From: Lacunisphaera sp.
GTDB taxonomy: Bacteria; Verrucomicrobiota; Verrucomicrobiia; Opitutales; Opitutaceae
Assembly: GCA_965249855.1 (NCBI GenBank)
Contig: CBDFNB010000014.1
Span: forward strand, 212,965-228,964
Direction: 5' to 3'
DNA: 16,000 nt
Shown: positions 14,673-16,000 of the stretch, piece by piece
Numbering within the stretch: position 1 is the first letter of the stretch
How the letters are laid out: each line of letters starts with the position of its first letter
Notes under the pieces: generated by a model
What the model was told of the DNA's origin: nothing
The model's input: the letters and a program-made list of their open reading frames with translations, nothing else
The model's database searches: none
Position numbers and translations under genes: made by a program

Positions 14673-15686
14673 ATGAACAAAACGCTGCTCGTCATCCGGA
14701 TCCTGTTTATTGCGCTGTGCGCCGTCGCGAGCTGGCTGGTCTGCTACACCGTCGAGGAATGGGACCACAAGCGCGGCCTGGCCGTCGCCATCGGCCTGAT
14801 GATCGGCTCCCTCGTCGTGCTGGTCGACCTGATGTTGAAGGGCTTCTCGCTGCGCGGCCTGACCGCGCTGACCTTCGGCCTCGGCGTCGGCGCGCTGGTC
14901 GCCTGGCTGATCGCCAACTCGCCGCTCCTCAACAAGGGCGACCCGTCCATCATCTACCTGGTGCAGCTCGCGCTGTTCCTGATTTGCACCTACCTCGGGA
15001 CCGTCATCGCGCTGCGCGGCAAGGACGACTTCAACCTTGTCATCCCCTACGTGCGTTTCGTGCCGCACGACGTGGACGTGCCGCTGGTCGTCGTCGACAC
15101 CAGCGCGCTGATCGACGGCCGCATCGCGAAGATCTGCCAGACGCAGTTCCTCGGGGCGGCGCTTATCATCCCCACCTTCGTGCTCAGCGAGCTCCAGGCC
15201 ATCGCCGACTCGCCCGATCCGGTGAAACAGGCGCGCGGCCGCCGCGGCCTGCAGGTGCTGAACGAGCTCCGCGCCATCAAGCACATCGACATCCGCATCC
15301 ACCAGAGCGAGGTCGCCCGCCGGCAGGACATCGAGGCCAAGCTCGTCTTTCTCGCGCAGTCCATGCGCGCGAAGCTGCTCACGACCGACACCAACCTCGC
15401 CACGATGGCCAGGTTCCAGGGGGTGCCGTGGCTCAACCTGCATGCGCTCGAGAACGCCCTCCGCCCCGAGCTGGTCATCGGCGAGAGCATCGCCCTTGAG
15501 CTGGTCAAGCCCGGCAAGGAAGAGGGCCAGGCCCTCGGCTACCTCGGCGACGGCACCATGGTCGTCGTGAACAATGGCCGGGCCTTTGTCGGCAAGCGGG
15601 TGACGGCCGAGATCATCGGCGTCCTGCCCAGCGCCGGTGGCAAGATGATCTTCGCCAACCTGCTCGGCGAGATCGAGACGGCCTGA
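14673..15686 (+). CDS. PIN and TRAM domain-containing membrane protein (YacL-like)
   Basis: 337 aa with an N-terminal hydrophobic region of about 4 helices. The PIN core is PLVVVDTSALIDGRI...IPTFVLSELQ...LLTTDTNL. The C-terminal TRAM-like segment is GESIALELVKPGKEEGQALGYLGDGTMVVVNNG...GKRVTAEIIGVLPSAGGKMIFA. Confidence 0.85.
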   Translation: MNKTLLVIRILFIALCAVASWLVCYTVEEWDHKRGLAVAIGLMIGSLVVLVDLMLKGFSLRGLTALTFGLGVGALVAWLIANSPLLNKGDPSIIYLVQLALFLICTYLGTVIALRGKDDFNLVIPYVRFVPHDVDVPLVVVDTSALIDGRIAKICQTQFLGAALIIPTFVLSELQAIADSPDPVKQARGRRGLQVLNELRAIKHIDIRIHQSEVARRQDIEAKLVFLAQSMRAKLLTTDTNLATMARFQGVPWLNLHALENALRPELVIGESIALELVKPGKEEGQALGYLGDGTMVVVNNGRAFVGKRVTAEIIGVLPSAGGKMIFANLLGEIETA

Positions 15687-15705
15687 GCCGGCGCTTTGCG
15701 CCGGC
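15687..15705 (+). terminator. Perfect GC hairpin GCCGGCGC-TTT-GCGCCGGC just after the PIN-TRAM stop
   Basis: Read directly: 8-bp stem and 3-nt loop. No U-tract follows, so intrinsic terminator function is uncertain. Confidence 0.35.
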
Positions 15706-15713
15706 AGATGAAG

Positions 15714-15777
15714 GCGGGACCATCAGTCCCGCGAGGCATGCTCTGCGCTGCCGACAACCCGCGGGACTGATAGTCCC
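15714..15777. repeat. Twin palindromes GCGGGAC-CATCA-GTCCCGC and GCGGGAC-TGATA-GTCCC
   Basis: The palindromes lie at 15714-15732 and 15761-15777, with centres 47 bp apart. Each is a hairpin or dyad, and the two loops are near reverse complements of each other, so the copies are also mutually inverted. Confidence 0.7.
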
Positions 15778-15834
15778 ACCCCCAGCTTTTCCTGGTCCCC
15801 AACTTTTCTACAAATTTCCCTTGCTGTCCTAACT

Positions 15835-15853
15835 GTCCTAGTGCAACTAGGAC
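15835..15853. promoter_or_regulatory. Candidate operator: perfect dyad GTCCTAGT-GCA-ACTAGGAC
   Basis: It ends 4 nt before the GTG of the GntR-family gene and is preceded by a third half-site (CTGTCCTA at 15824-15831, repeated at 15833-15840). The position and dyad symmetry fit autoregulation by a GntR/YtrA-type dimer. Confidence 0.5.
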
Positions 15854-15856
15854 GGC

Positions 15857-16000
15857 GTGCTACCGTTCTCCATCGAACTGAAACCCGGTCTGCCGATCAC
15901 GGAGCAGGTGATTTTCGCCGTGAAGAAGGCTGTGGTCGCCGGGCAGCTGAAGCCCGGGCAGGCGTTCCCCTCGGTGCGGGTCGTCAGCCAGGAGCTGCAG
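15857..16000 (+). CDS. GntR-family (YtrA-like) transcriptional regulator, N-terminal part (runs off the right edge)
   Basis: My translation from the GTG at 15857 is VLPFSIELKPGLPITEQVIFAVKKAVVAGQLKPGQAFPSVRVVSQELQ. The pattern P...Q......I..G.L.PG...PSVR....EL is the GntR winged-helix N-terminus. Confidence 0.7.
   Translation, partial: MLPFSIELKPGLPITEQVIFAVKKAVVAGQLKPGQAFPSVRVVSQELQ

Noticed and set aside
14080-15686. EVE-domain protein plus PIN-domain protein as a defence or toxin-antitoxin module
   Set aside because: The genes are divergent, not an operon. The PIN protein is the widespread YacL-type membrane PIN-TRAM housekeeping form, and the EVE protein is a stand-alone minimal domain. 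There is no adjacent methyltransferase, nuclease, ATPase or antitoxin-sized partner.

Overview
High-GC bacterial chromosomal segment, roughly two-thirds G+C by eye. Gene content and repeat style suggest a Verrucomicrobia/Opitutaceae-like organism, but that is inference only. The window is almost entirely housekeeping. Minus strand: a GAF-domain gene (partial), a small four-helix-bundle gene (23S-IVS/Avd family), glnD, a universal stress protein, the co-directional run tyrA-aroA-cmk-plsC, and an EVE-domain gene. Plus strand: tRNA-Gly(GCC), a CXXCH haem-binding-domain protein followed by a cytochrome b562-like protein, a hexapeptide-repeat transferase, trpS, a lactate 2-monooxygenase-like FMN enzyme, a membrane-anchored coiled-coil protein with a truncated FGE-sulfatase-like domain, a PIN-TRAM (YacL-like) protein, and the start of a GntR-family regulator. 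I see no CRISPR array, transposase, integrase, toxin-antitoxin pair or recognisable defence island. The many long antisense ORFs in the track are high-GC shadow frames. The one thing the gene list does not explain is a set of four long imperfect hairpin elements with arms of about 28-32 nt. Each sits immediately after the stop codon of a gene that is followed by a co-directional gene. Two of them have arms built from tandem heptanucleotides. One of those two carries the four-helix-bundle gene in its loop, like an ORF-bearing 23S rRNA intervening sequence but outside any rRNA gene. The other is gene-less. The remaining two are copies of a GTCATYCYGAGCGAAGCGAAGRATCC palindrome that bracket cmk. 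I consider this the most interesting signal. Its interpretation as an RNA-level or mobile cassette system is hypothesis, not demonstration.
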